Below, in pieces: positions 50,746 to 61,638 of a stretch of DNA of 64,000 nt. Numbering within the stretch: position 1 is the stretch's first letter; every line of letters begins with the position of its first letter. The stretch comes from a virus, in IMG/VR virus record IMGVR_UViG_3300038466_000014. One strand, given 5' to 3'. A program made the translations under genes and the position numbers. The notes beneath the pieces are model-generated. The model was given only the letters and a program-made list of their open reading frames with translations. It had not been told where the DNA came from and made no database searches.

Positions 50746-51375
50746 TTAATATACTACCTTATTATCTTCTATTATCTTAATAATAGAATTAATCATCTCA
50801 TCGGTTATAGTATTACTAATATTTGTAAGATAATTTGACAGTTCCGTTATATAAGCAGGTCTATTTCCTCTATCCATAGACTCAATCCTATCTTTTTCTA
50901 GAGGATCACATGCACCAATATGTAATAGCAACATCTTATTAATATACTTATATGTATAAAAATAAATTGCCACAAGTAATTTTAATAAATCCTTATGTGA
51001 CCATTGTTCTATATGAGGAATCATACTAATATTATCAGCATCAAAACTTATACTATAATGTAATAACCACTCATTAGAAATACCACCAACCTTCTGCATA
51101 TTACGTATGTCTAAAATAATACCTACCAACATTCTTAATTTGTTCTGCATAGATGTATCTTTAGGTAGTGGTATTATACAACGATTAATAGTAGAGCCTA
51201 AACACGTTTCAAATTTGCATAACTTTGGTATATAAAAATCATCTATCTTACAAGTACTAATTGTTTTAAAAATAAGACTATTATCATCTATAAGTTTCTT
51301 TACTACTTTGAGTATTATATCAGAGTTATAATGGTATGTATCCAAGTCAATGGGTGTCATATATTTGATGTTCAT
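50746..51375 (-). CDS. Hypothetical protein; C-terminal part of a gene split by the mini-element
   Basis: SD and first codons (MNI) lie inside the element right end. Confidence 0.6.
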   Translation of the reverse strand: MNIKYMTPIDLDTYHYNSDIILKVVKKLIDDNSLIFKTISTCKIDDFYIPKLCKFETCLGSTINRCIIPLPKDTSMQNKLRMLVGIILDIRNMQKVGGISNEWLLHYSISFDADNISMIPHIEQWSHKDLLKLLVAIYFYTYKYINKMLLLHIGACDPLEKDRIESMDRGNRPAYITELSNYLTNISNTITDEMINSIIKIIEDNKVVY

Positions 51376-51511
51376 TGAATACCTCCCGATGATTCCGGTC
51401 TGGAGATCTCCGGCCTTTCGGCGTGAGTTCCAGCGTTAATGATCAATTTAATCCTCCTTGTTTACAGAGCCTAACCCCGAACACCGTTCGGGGATTGCGG
51501 CTCTAATACTG
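51365..51511 (-). mobile_element. 147-bp non-autonomous IS605 derivative (PATE/MITE-like)
   Basis: 48 nt identical between 51466-51513 and 38439-38486; right end GGAATCATCGGGAGGTATTCAATGAACATCAA resembles GGAATCATCGGGCGGTGCCCGATGAGCATCAA. Confidence 0.88.
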
Positions 51512-51825
51512 TTCATATAATCGCGCCCATATAAATTTGATTTTTTATTTAAAATGGCACACACAAATTCTATTAATCTGTATTTCGCGATAGAAATATC
51601 TCCGGTAGTTATAATATAAGGATTACCAGCATTATCCAAATATACTTTGTCGAGAAAAATATCTAAAATTATTTCCTCTTCTTTCAATCTTTTATATTTA
51701 TCAACAATCGTATATTTTACTTTAATATTTTCCTCGGTTAACATCTCTTGTTTATATAATCCTTGAGTAATTTTAAAATCTGTATCTATTAGTTCGACCG
51801 AATGTGGCTTTGTAATATTATTCAT
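51448..51825 (-). CDS. Hypothetical protein; N-terminal part of the split gene
   Basis: Last 21 aa and stop are encoded by the element left end. Confidence 0.6.
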   Translation of the reverse strand: MNNITKPHSVELIDTDFKITQGLYKQEMLTEENIKVKYTIVDKYKRLKEEEIILDIFLDKVYLDNAGNPYIITTGDISIAKYRLIEFVCAILNKKSNLYGRDYMNSIRAAIPERCSGLGSVNKED

Positions 51826-52363
51826 TATCTATCCTATCTTCGTCTTCAAATGACTTTAGATATTCATAGATGTGAAATTCTTTTTCAAGACATTCCGGTA
51901 ATTCTTTAGCGTTTTCCACACTATCCCATTTATAAATAAGATCCACTCCATCTTCCCATATACCAGCAAATCCCATACCCGATTCGTAATACATAGCATA
52001 AATATTATACCCTTGGGATTGTAGTTGTACAAATGCTTCTATTGGCGGTGCCCATGCGGTGTATCCCCGTATCTCCAATGTATTATCATCTACCCTCTTC
52101 ATTTCCACCCCGCTTAAATCCCATTTAGTTCCCCAATTAATTTTTCTCCATTCATCCGCATGATAAAATCCATATTTTTCTTTTAATTTATTCTCTCTTT
52201 CGGCTCCAAATGGTGGAGTGTCATCGATCTCATCGTCACACAATTCTTTAGGACAAGGTAACAGTGATTGTAATACTTGTTTTTTATCACCATTAAAAAT
52301 CATATCTATAAGATCAGAATTCCCGTTGGATAGTGAAATGAAATTGTTGCAAAAATTAGGCAT
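51818..52363 (-). CDS. DUF1281/Api92-like ferredoxin-fold protein
   Basis: MPNFCNN, INWGTKWD, TAWAPP, YYESGMGFAG. Confidence 0.8.
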   Translation of the reverse strand: MPNFCNNFISLSNGNSDLIDMIFNGDKKQVLQSLLPCPKELCDDEIDDTPPFGAERENKLKEKYGFYHADEWRKINWGTKWDLSGVEMKRVDDNTLEIRGYTAWAPPIEAFVQLQSQGYNIYAMYYESGMGFAGIWEDGVDLIYKWDSVENAKELPECLEKEFHIYEYLKSFEDEDRIDNE

Positions 52364-52712
52364 TACACTCTTCCTCGTTTATGTATACATTGCACAAGCT
52401 ACTATTTCTTTAACCTTATCTTGATTTCTCTTATACTCAATCCCGTCCTCATAAAACTCCATTTTCCAATCACCATCGATTGTTAAATGAATATCACATC
52501 TACCATATATACTGACCTCTTCGTCACAAAGAAGACATGTTAAACTTCCAAGTTGTATTTTTCCATCTTCATCAAATATCATATTCTTTTTCGCACACTT
52601 ACACCACATACAACTACAATATAAATCAAATGGACCGTCTTTATAATTATGTAATATTTTGAATTTGGTTTTTAATTTCGGCATATTTCCCTTTTAAGTT
52701 AATAAATATAAA

Positions 52713-53123
52713 TTAAGAACAGGATGAATATAAATTCTCACCGGAAAGCAATATAATCCTATTCCAAACCCCGTTATCGAGTATGTCGAATATTTCCCTT
52801 CCGCTCTCGCCCATTTTCCAATCTTCAAAATCAAGAATACAAGACATGTCAGTAAATTTAATAAGTAATCCAACATAGATATCACCATCTTGGAAATGCC
52901 ATTCCATATATAACATATGTCCTTCATCTAGATAAAAGGTTTCCGGTATATCAAGATTAACTTCATTCCCTCCCGGATAAGTATCTCTTATTTTATCAAT
53001 AATATTGTTCCAATTTGCTGGATCTGTATATGGTTCATTGGGATCATACTTCTTTGCGTACATATCCCTATATTTTTCCAGTTCTAATATAAATTGTTTA
53101 AACAATGATTCTTCAATATACAT
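52713..53123 (-). CDS. Hypothetical protein, paralog of 53174-53620
   Basis: TYP...IP..F...MEW.FQ....YV.L.I...DMS.IL. Confidence 0.6.
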   Translation of the reverse strand: MYIEESLFKQFILELEKYRDMYAKKYDPNEPYTDPANWNNIIDKIRDTYPGGNEVNLDIPETFYLDEGHMLYMEWHFQDGDIYVGLLIKFTDMSCILDFEDWKMGESGREIFDILDNGVWNRIILLSGENLYSSCS

Positions 53124-53173
53124 TTTAAACTCCTATTGATTGGTTAGACAAAATTAATTATTTAATAATGATA

Positions 53174-53620
53174 TCATGGTTGAAACGGATAAATCAGGGG
53201 TGTATCTGAGTGCCGAATGATCTTATACCATATATCTTCATCAAGTGTCTTGATTTCTTCGGAATATTTTTCTTTCAAAATCGGATCTCTAAATTCTGGG
53301 ATATCGTATGATTGTGCTTCAAATGTTTCGCATTCCAGAATTCCGGACATATCATCTAAATTTATATGCAACGACACATATACATTATCGTTTTGAAAAG
53401 TCCATTCCATCATTATCTTTCCATCCTCTTCTGGAAATACATTCGGTATTTCAAGATATCCCTTCGGATAAGTACATATCAATCTATTTATAAGTCCTCC
53501 TATTTCATCGTCATTAAATCCTTTTCCCAAAGTCATTCCAGTTTTCCACCCATCTTTTAATTCTTTAAAACTATTTATTCTTTCTATAAATTTTTCAAAT
53601 TCCTCGTCTATATTTTCCAT
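53174..53620 (-). CDS. Hypothetical protein, paralog of 52713-53123
   Basis: Same shared motif. Confidence 0.6.
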   Translation of the reverse strand: MENIDEEFEKFIERINSFKELKDGWKTGMTLGKGFNDDEIGGLINRLICTYPKGYLEIPNVFPEEDGKIMMEWTFQNDNVYVSLHINLDDMSGILECETFEAQSYDIPEFRDPILKEKYSEEIKTLDEDIWYKIIRHSDTPLIYPFQP

Positions 53621-54376
53621 GAAACTTTCTTGTGTTTGAAAAATTGTTTTTCTTGTGTCATTTTGGTTGCCATCCTCTTTTCTCGTATTCTCTTACTCTC
53701 TTCAGAGTTTCTTTTAGTTTAGGAGTGGGTGTATCGTGTACGATATCGTTTTCTTCCGCAAGTAATTTCTTGAGGAAATTTATTGCATCTTCTCCTTCCA
53801 ATACTGGAGTGGGTATGAACAATGGTTGTTTGTCTTCTGTATCTGTAGATATTTTGTTCAGATAATAAAATTCCAAGTTGTTTTTGTAACATAATAAATT
53901 CTCTATCGCTTTTTCGCTCTGCGCTATGGCTGCCGATACTACTTCTGATAGTACACGTTCAAAACTATTATCCAAACAAAATGTAGCAAATAGATCCACC
54001 TTATTCAACGATGTTCTATGTATTCTCCAACCACAATTATTGGAAAAATAGATCTGGGTCGCATCATCGTATTCACATAGTTCTTTCTGTACAATTATAT
54101 CACCATAACTATTAATTTGAATACAGTTTATGAGTGTTTCGTTTGCCGACATTTATTTTTTACCTTGCCCTTTCACGGTCTACACTTAACACTTTTGGCC
54201 GCTCTACAAGAACCCGCCTCGTAATGTACAGGATCTTGTAACGCGCCAACCAACTGGTCTGGAGGCGGAGGGCGTCTCGCTTCTTCTGCTTCTTTAGACA
54301 ATGATGTAGGTAATTTCCTTGGAAATCTGAATAAAGTTCTCGCGATAATATCTTTCTTCTCAGACGGACAAGCAAA

Positions 54377-54407
54377 AATCAACCACCAACAATCAACCAC
54401 CAACAAT
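54377..54407. repeat. 14-bp tandem duplication (aatcaaccaccaac x2.2) frameshifting gene 54173-54603
   Basis: Removing one unit joins EKVDNCWWLI to FACPSEKK in frame. Confidence 0.8.
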
Positions 54408-55555
54408 TATCCACTTTTTCCGCGATACAGAATTTATTATCTAAATAGAAAAACGCGATAAGATCTTCGACAATAAAATCTGTATCTACTTCATAGACGA
54501 TAGTTTCATCTATATAAGGGATGTGCCCTTCTGGAATTGCAATTCTGTACTCAAAGTCATTAACGTTGATTATCATTTTCAACATTCCTTTATTTCTGAC
54601 CAACCAGCAACAAGAGATAATGAAAATTCATACGAGAAAATATCATCTACATCGAAAATTTGCGTGAAAATATTTTTCCATAGAAATGATTGTGTATCCA
54701 GTATCCAATTATTTTAATCTATTTTTATTCCTCTTACATTTTCACCGGTTTCAAGATGAAACATTATACGTTTATTAATAGGTACTGTACTATTAGGGTT
54801 GTGAAATATCCTAATTTTACTACGCGGATCAATGATGTGTCGAGCTTTTCCGGCACGACGAGATCTTAAACTTAGAAAGTCTAATCTATCAATGTCTTTT
54901 GGAACAGCATCCTCGGTATTAATACGAATATTTCGTCGAGCCAACCGTTCTTTTTGTAAACGGTCTTCATATTCTTTGCGTATGCGATCACGATCCTTCG
55001 GATCTTCTGCAACAACTAACTTACATAGTAAATCTAAATACTTCCCGGCCTCTTCGGGTTCAATGTGATATTCCTCAAAAAAATCTTTTTCCTTTATCAT
55101 GTCTTTTCATGTTTTAATGGTTCGTGACTTTCCGGAGAGCAGGAAAACCATCTAACAAACCTCAACGGGATATGACGATTCTGTCCGCTTTCGAGACGCA
55201 TCCACAAAAGATCTGATCCAAATCTAACTTCTGTTGCATCAAAAGATTCGAGATATCCATCATGCCACCGCACAGATACTTTTGTTTTATCCATTTTCCT
55301 CTACCTCGTAATAAAAATTTAAAGTTTGTTTTGTATTGTTAGATTCAAAAATAATTCCTACAACTTTACCATCTTTAATTATCTTTCTGATTGATTCGTG
55401 ATTACCTTCCTCGAATCCTTTACACATTTTTGGAAATCTTGTTCTATTCTTATATTTTAAACATTCAAATGATAACGTTGTCATAGCAAGACAATAAGCC
55501 AATCTTAAAAATTTACAATTAATACACGGATCTTTTGGGGGAATTTCTGATAGTA

Positions 55556-56002
55556 TCATACAAATCCCACTGTTATTGGATTAAGTTCAAGAATGTCGCA
55601 CATTTTAATAATCAAATCTGTATTATTTCTATATCGCGGATTTAATAATGTTTCAACATCTCCAACACTCAAATCAGTTCTTTCCACAATGTCCTCTTTT
55701 GTCAGATTCAATCGATCCATAGCCTTTAAATACGATGTCGCCGGTTCTTCGCGCGATTTAATCGCAATTGCAGTTATATCGTCGTCGGCCCAATTTAATA
55801 ATCTGTCAGATAATTCTTTACCTGCATACTTTTCAAAATCTGCTCTGGTGAAGATAATATGTGTCGTAGCGCCATGTCTCCATAAGGAGATATGATCTTG
55901 GTCTCTTGTATATAATTGTGTTTTGGGGAATCTTCTTGCGGAAGGGGAATCTTCCCAAGGATATTCTCCATGATTAATTTTTTCAGTCATTGCTTTCTCC
56001 AA
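55556..56002 (-). CDS. Protein with C-terminal XRE-like HTH
   Basis: MDRLNLTKEDIVERTDLS...IIKMCDILEL. Confidence 0.55.
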   Translation of the reverse strand: MEKAMTEKINHGEYPWEDSPSARRFPKTQLYTRDQDHISLWRHGATTHIIFTRADFEKYAGKELSDRLLNWADDDITAIAIKSREEPATSYLKAMDRLNLTKEDIVERTDLSVGDVETLLNPRYRNNTDLIIKMCDILELNPITVGFV

Positions 56003-57855
56003 CTATTCTCGTATTTCGTTTAATCTATTTTTCATCTCTTGACACCACTCGATCATATCATCCAGTTTTTCAATACATAATTTAAAATCGTATTGAGATG
56101 GATTGTTCTGCTCGACAATATATCTAAGCTGGGTTTCAATACTTTGTGCTCTTGGAATAATCGCAAAGCTAACTCCTTTTATAAGTGCAATAATCTGTTT
56201 TTTTGTTAAACCATGATGTGTTTCCATTGTTTTTCCATTTTATTTATTAGGTAAAATTACATTTTTCTATACCAAGAAAAACAAGACTTCATCCGTAGAG
56301 TACCTGACGAGATCTGTAATTTTCTCATTTGTCCTGTTTGATATCGTGTATACCTTTTTCCAACCAAAGCCGTGTTCTTTCCTTTACACTACATGATTGA
56401 ATAAGTCCAGCCGTTTTACTAACGATAAAATCAAACGTAAGAAACCCAAACACTACCCACCCCACTGGAAATAAAATAATTAATAGTATAGAACCTTTTA
56501 TCCCACAAGCAAAAAGTCCTCCGTTAATCTCAGTATGAATATCGTGTATGAATATAAATTCGGCGAATAAAATCACCGATGTTAATAGTATACCTATACA
56601 GAACAAAACTCCCATTTAGTTGTCCTCCGTTTCTTTTATTTCTTTTATTCCTTTCAAATCCAAACTTTAAATATCTGTTAGGAATTGGAGGATGATATAT
56701 GGAATATATAACTCCAACAATTCCCAATAAAATTGTAAGTACACAATCACCAATAAATAAATACATAAAGGTATAAGAATGCTCTGGTCCGAACAGATGG
56801 GTGGATATAACTATAATAATCCAAGATACGGCTAACCTAATAACACATAAAATAAAAGCATTATCGATTATAAAGTTGTATATCGTTTTTACAAATTTTA
56901 ACATTTATATCTCCTTAGCCTCCCTCCCTATGACAGATAATTACTCTACTATACATCCCATTTGTCTCTTCAACCGTTTTATCGAACTCATCTTTATTCA
57001 TAAGAGTATTGAAATATAATCTATAATAATTCTTTCCATCAAACCTAACACATTTACAATCAAATTCATTTATTCTTTCATTCCAACGCGCATCAAAATA
57101 ATACGTCTTTATCAGTATCACATAATTCCCAGGTTTTGTAGGAGAACCTTCCATCCATATATCATCTCCCATTAACATATCCAATTGAATTTTTTCCTTC
57201 TCGTCTTTAATAATGTCATCGACCCGACCCAACGTTGTTTCTGCGATCGAAATCAAATTTTGCAATCCGACTTTTAATTTTCTTAACATATTACTATTAT
57301 TATCATCCATTCTTTTTGGTAATCTGCATCCTGCTGGGAAACGTCTTTCGCCAATAGGAGGAAACTCGTCGTGATCGATATTCACGTTTAGTTCACAAAC
57401 GGTACGTTTATTAATATACGATCTATATATACACTTCCAACATCCTATGAGATGCAGAGTTCTTTCTTCGTTGTTCATTTCAGGACTCATCCTTTATCTG
57501 CGAGCGAAGATATGCTACGAGTTCACAAATCTCTTTATGAGGATATTTGAATTCGTTATCGACCATATATGGACAACCAGTGCCTGTACATTCAATAAAT
57601 TCATGTGTGATCTGATCACCCCTTCCACTACACGATTCACCAAGTTCATAAACTACTGTTTTAACTATTTCTCCACACATAGGACAAACATCATAAATAT
57701 TGGTCTCTTTTTTTTCGGTATCCATTATTCCTCCCTTAATGGTGTACATCCCGTGAAAAAACGGGACATTTCCTTGCTTAGAATTGTAATATCCTTATGG
57801 TTAAGACTAAATGTAAACCCCCTCTATTTTATAACTCGCATCTATATTATAGTAT

Positions 57856-58318
57856 TCATTTACCATGAAATCTGTTGAGTGTATGTTCGATGTATAATTT
57901 TCCATTGGGTTTATCCACGTCATCCACATTTTTTACAGTGGAAACGCTTCCGGAACAATGAGGAGTAGAACATCCAATCGATTCATAGTAATTATCGTAA
58001 AATTCATGGTTTTCAATAGCAACAACTCTGTTGTTGTCGGTTATAATATACGTCTATGGAATATCATTTATTTCCATCGGATTAATACATACTATAATAT
58101 GTCCTGCGTTGTTTCTACGCGCAGCATCTAATTTACAATTTAGATTTAAATTATATGTTTTAATATCTTTCTCATCGAATTTAAAAGAATACATTTTAAA
58201 ATATCCTGCATACGGATCTGTTATTACTCCTTTTAAAATGGAGACTACCGAAACGAGAAGAGTCAGTAAAATCGCAAATACACACGAACTGAATTGTTAT
58301 TATCGTGTTCTTACTCAT
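57856..58318 (-). pseudogene. Disrupted membrane-anchored hypothetical protein
   Basis: Frameshift in first ~15 codons and in-frame TAG at 58054-58056. Confidence 0.45.
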
Positions 58319-58325
58319 TATACCC

Positions 58326-58994
58326 TCACCCCTTGTATGTATACAATAAATTAATTATTTCTAATGGTGTATCCGTAGAAAGGTTGCTGATTACCGAATC
58401 TGGTTTGACCCCATAATCAAGTAGAATTTCTATAATTTCTATTTGTCCATTAATTACGGCGCTTATAAGCGCCTGTTCTCCGCTTAATTCCAAATCCACT
58501 CCACACTCAATCATCTTTTTTAATAACTTCGGATATCCAAGACCGGAAGCTAATCTCAATGGATACCCGGATCTCGCGTTTATGTTTGCGCCGGATTTGA
58601 TAAATAAATCAAATAATTTAAAATCCGATATATGGACAGCATAAATAATAGGATAATCATCGGATATATGTACATCCGCGCCATCTTCAAGAAGTTCTGT
58701 AATAGTTTCAGTATTCATAATTCTTCTATTTTTCAAAGTTATTGATGCTATCCGCGCATCGGTAAATTCTGCAATACTCATATCCGGATATATATTTAAA
58801 TGTTCATCTCCAACACTCTTCACATCATAAATATATTCTCTTGTGAACAGCCGGAGTCCAGAAAGCACATTCAGATTATTAAATAATTTCAATTCTTTAA
58901 AAGGGATTGGATATGGTATTTTGTTTATACCAGACTTAAACCGAGGTGTGTTATCGTATTGATTTTTAGATTTCGTTAGTTTGTAAAACTTCAT
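58326..58994 (-). CDS. Ankyrin-repeat protein
   Basis: LLEDGADVH, GANINA, PLRLAS, ALISAVINGQIEIIEILLDYG. Confidence 0.85.
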   Translation of the reverse strand: MKFYKLTKSKNQYDNTPRFKSGINKIPYPIPFKELKLFNNLNVLSGLRLFTREYIYDVKSVGDEHLNIYPDMSIAEFTDARIASITLKNRRIMNTETITELLEDGADVHISDDYPIIYAVHISDFKLFDLFIKSGANINARSGYPLRLASGLGYPKLLKKMIECGVDLELSGEQALISAVINGQIEIIEILLDYGVKPDSVISNLSTDTPLEIINLLYTYKG

Positions 58995-59793
58995 TTATTT
59001 CCTTTGGTTCTATAATTTCCGACCCGCATAATCTCTTAAGCGCAACTTCTATATATTCTTTTTTCAATTCACAACCAATAAAATTTCTATTTAATTTTTT
59101 AGCGGCTACACCTGTTGTACAACTACCGGCAAAAGGATCGAAAATATAATCTTTTGGATTAGTGCTTGCTAAAATTATACGTTCCAGAAGTTCCACTGGT
59201 TTTTGGGTTGGGTGTTTACCATAGAGTTTCTCTTCTGTTTTTGGAGATCCTATCACCCACACAGACTTCATTTGTTTATCGTTATTAATTTTTTTCATTA
59301 TATCATAGTTAAACACATGTTTAGATTTTGAATTCTTTACCGCCCATATCAATGTTTCTGTGGAATGTGTGAAATATCTACACGATAGATTTGGTGGAGG
59401 ATTGGGCTTTTCCCAAGTTATATTATTCAATATTTTATACCCTAATTTCTGCATAGCATATCCAATAGAATATATGGCATGATGCGTTCCGGATACCCAG
59501 ATTGTTCCATTATCTGTCAGCAACTGCTGACATAAAGTCAACCACTGTACATTAAATTCATGATTAACTTCTACACCGCCGGATTTATCCCACTCACCTT
59601 TATCAACTTTTACCCGTTTACCGGCGTGACAAGTCGTTCCGCCATTGGAAAGAAAGTATGGCGGATCCGCAAAGATCATATCGAATTTTATATTCTTATG
59701 ATCCGATAACAGCTTTTGCATAAAATGTATACACTCGTCTTCATAGACCCATAAATTTATGTTTTCAGAAACGATATTATTATTTTCGTTCAT
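58966..59793 (-). CDS. Orphan beta-class N6A/N4C DNA methyltransferase
   Basis: FADPPY, HPTQKP, DPFAGSCTTG. Confidence 0.93.
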   Translation of the reverse strand: MNENNNIVSENINLWVYEDECIHFMQKLLSDHKNIKFDMIFADPPYFLSNGGTTCHAGKRVKVDKGEWDKSGGVEVNHEFNVQWLTLCQQLLTDNGTIWVSGTHHAIYSIGYAMQKLGYKILNNITWEKPNPPPNLSCRYFTHSTETLIWAVKNSKSKHVFNYDIMKKINNDKQMKSVWVIGSPKTEEKLYGKHPTQKPVELLERIILASTNPKDYIFDPFAGSCTTGVAAKKLNRNFIGCELKKEYIEVALKRLCGSEIIEPKEINEVLQTNEI

Positions 59794-59912
59794 TGTGAAA
59801 AAGGAACCTTTCGCTGTTGGGTTGTATTTTACTGCTGATATACTAACAAAATTATTAATCTTTAATAAAAATCAACTTGTTTTTAACAAGGTTCGTATTT
59901 CAACTTTATCTC

Positions 59913-60592
59913 TCACTCCACTATATTTATATTTTTTGGCGATATTAGTTTTTTAAACGCTTTACATGTACCGCATTTACCACACTGAATTGTAGTATAC
60001 TCCCGCACACCTTCACACGTCCACATCATCTTAAATATTTTCTATTAAGATAGGAACTGTTATATATTCTGTTTATAATATCTTATTTAGTATCATATTT
60101 GAATAGGTAAACAAGATCAGGCGGTTTCTGACCTCCAGTACACCCTTTATAAAAATTATAAAACCCTTCTTCAAAAAATGGACGATCCAGCCAATAAGAA
60201 TATTCTCTTATGTATCCTAATAAAATCCGATCTATCTGAAGACCTGTAATAGATTGTAATAATCCGATCATCCATAACGGTTGTTGATAATACATCCAAT
60301 TGCCCGTCGGGGGGTTGCTAATATAGTCCTTTCTATTTTTATCAAAGTGAATCCATTCTTTAGAAGTTTCCATGCTTAAATTATAAGACTGTTCGTAAAA
60401 CCAAATATCGTTTAAATTATAATTATTTGTTAGTGTTCTGCGTATACGTTGTCTTGTATACGATTCTATAGCTGATTTATGAATGTTGTTCTTTAAATTA
60501 AAATATTGAGTAATAAATGGTTGTTTAGATTCTATTTGTTGTAAGACAATTGCGGTCGAATCCATACCGCCAGACCACACGATTAGATCCAT
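59913..60592 (-). pseudogene. queC: QueC-like PP-loop ATPase, disrupted
   Basis: WSGGMDST; TAA at 60083-60085 (TK*DII), then 1-nt frameshift before MWTC...CGKCGTC zinc motif. Confidence 0.75.
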
Positions 60593-60619
60593 TTAAACTG
60601 CCGAAATAATAAAATTTGT

Positions 60620-60633
60620 TATATATATTAAAT
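60620..60633 (+). promoter_or_regulatory. Class A promoter-like motif, plus strand
   Basis: TATATATATTAAAT upstream of plus-strand gene 60705. Confidence 0.7.
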
Positions 60634-60704
60634 ATTAGATTATGAATTGTTTATAGTCTAAAGATTCTGTAATCCAATTACATTTTTATTCAAGGAAGTT
60701 TATC

Positions 60705-60986
60705 ATGCCCGTTGCAATCTATGTGTCCATAGCGATTTTAATGATTATGATTTTTCTCCAAAATAATCCGGAGTTTATTCTGATAATAGTTAGATGGTTA
60801 GTGAAACAACTGTTAAAAGGATTGATATTAGACGGGGCAGATATGGAAGAAGCCATATCCATAGTCAAAGAGAAAACCCCTGGTCTACCACTCGGAAAAT
60901 ATGAACTGGAACTTCTCTATGAGGAGGCTGAGGCGGAAGTAGACGAAGAGTATGGGGACGACGAATACACAGAACCCGAAAAATAA
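60705..60986 (+). CDS. Small membrane protein with acidic tail
   Basis: N-terminal TM, AAGGA RBS. Confidence 0.55.
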   Translation: MPVAIYVSIAILMIMIFLQNNPEFILIIVRWLVKQLLKGLILDGADMEEAISIVKEKTPGLPLGKYELELLYEEAEAEVDEEYGDDEYTEPEK

Positions 60987-60999
60987 AGGAGGACGTGCT

Positions 61000-61247
61000 A
61001 TGAGTATTCTGACCGTCAAAAGGGGAGACCTTATTCTGGTTGAAACGGAAGCCGGTCTCGTGTACGGGGTAAAGTGGACGATACACTGATTTCTGACGGG
61101 GTACTTATACTTTCGGGGGAGGCATTACGACTTCCGGGAGATACCCGTAAACCGGAAGAGGTCGTTATCCAAATGGCACAACAACACCCCAAGATCAAAG
61201 TTTTACGAAGCTTCCCGGCACAACTGACCGAAGCTGGAGAGTTGTGA
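61000..61247 (+). pseudogene. Frameshifted small gene
   Basis: AAGGAGG RBS, ATG 61000, frame change near G4 at 61066-61069, second frame runs to the terminator. Confidence 0.45.
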
Positions 61248-61294
61248 AATAATAACCCGTGGATAAGTAATCATCCACGGGTTATTATTTTTTT
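61247..61294. terminator. Bidirectional terminator between convergent genes
   Basis: 18-bp stem aaataataacccgtggat / atccacgggttattattt plus T run. Confidence 0.8.
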
Positions 61295-61299
61295 GATAT

Positions 61300-61632
61300 T
61301 CATGGTATCGTATTACCACGCTCTTCTTTTATCCAATTCTCCCAGCGTCTACCTATCAACGGCATATCATATGCCTCATCGACATATAGCGCAAGCCATT
61401 TAAATGGAGCACATTGACATATATGCGTCCTTATACGCGAACATCCTAAACACGTTTTAAATTCAGCCCATCTATCATCCCATAATCCTTTTGAATATTC
61501 ATAATACGACCCTGTTGGTATTTCATCCAAACACTCACAACAAATATATGGTTTTCGTGATCTTCTTATCGTTTTTGAGAACAAAGCAGGCGCTTCATAA
61601 TCAGAATCACGGCACCCGCGCGAGCAGTCCAT
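61300..61632 (-). CDS. Zinc-binding hypothetical protein
   Basis: RKPYICCEC...I..G..YEY...KTCLGC. Confidence 0.55.
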   Translation of the reverse strand: MDCSRGCRDSDYEAPALFSKTIRRSRKPYICCECLDEIPTGSYYEYSKGLWDDRWAEFKTCLGCSRIRTHICQCAPFKWLALYVDEAYDMPLIGRRWENWIKEERGNTIP

Positions 61633-61638
61633 TTTTCT

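Noticed and set aside
38439-51513. CRISPR repeat (48-nt palindromic repeat, two copies)
   Set aside because: Only two copies 13 kb apart; explained as the IS left end.
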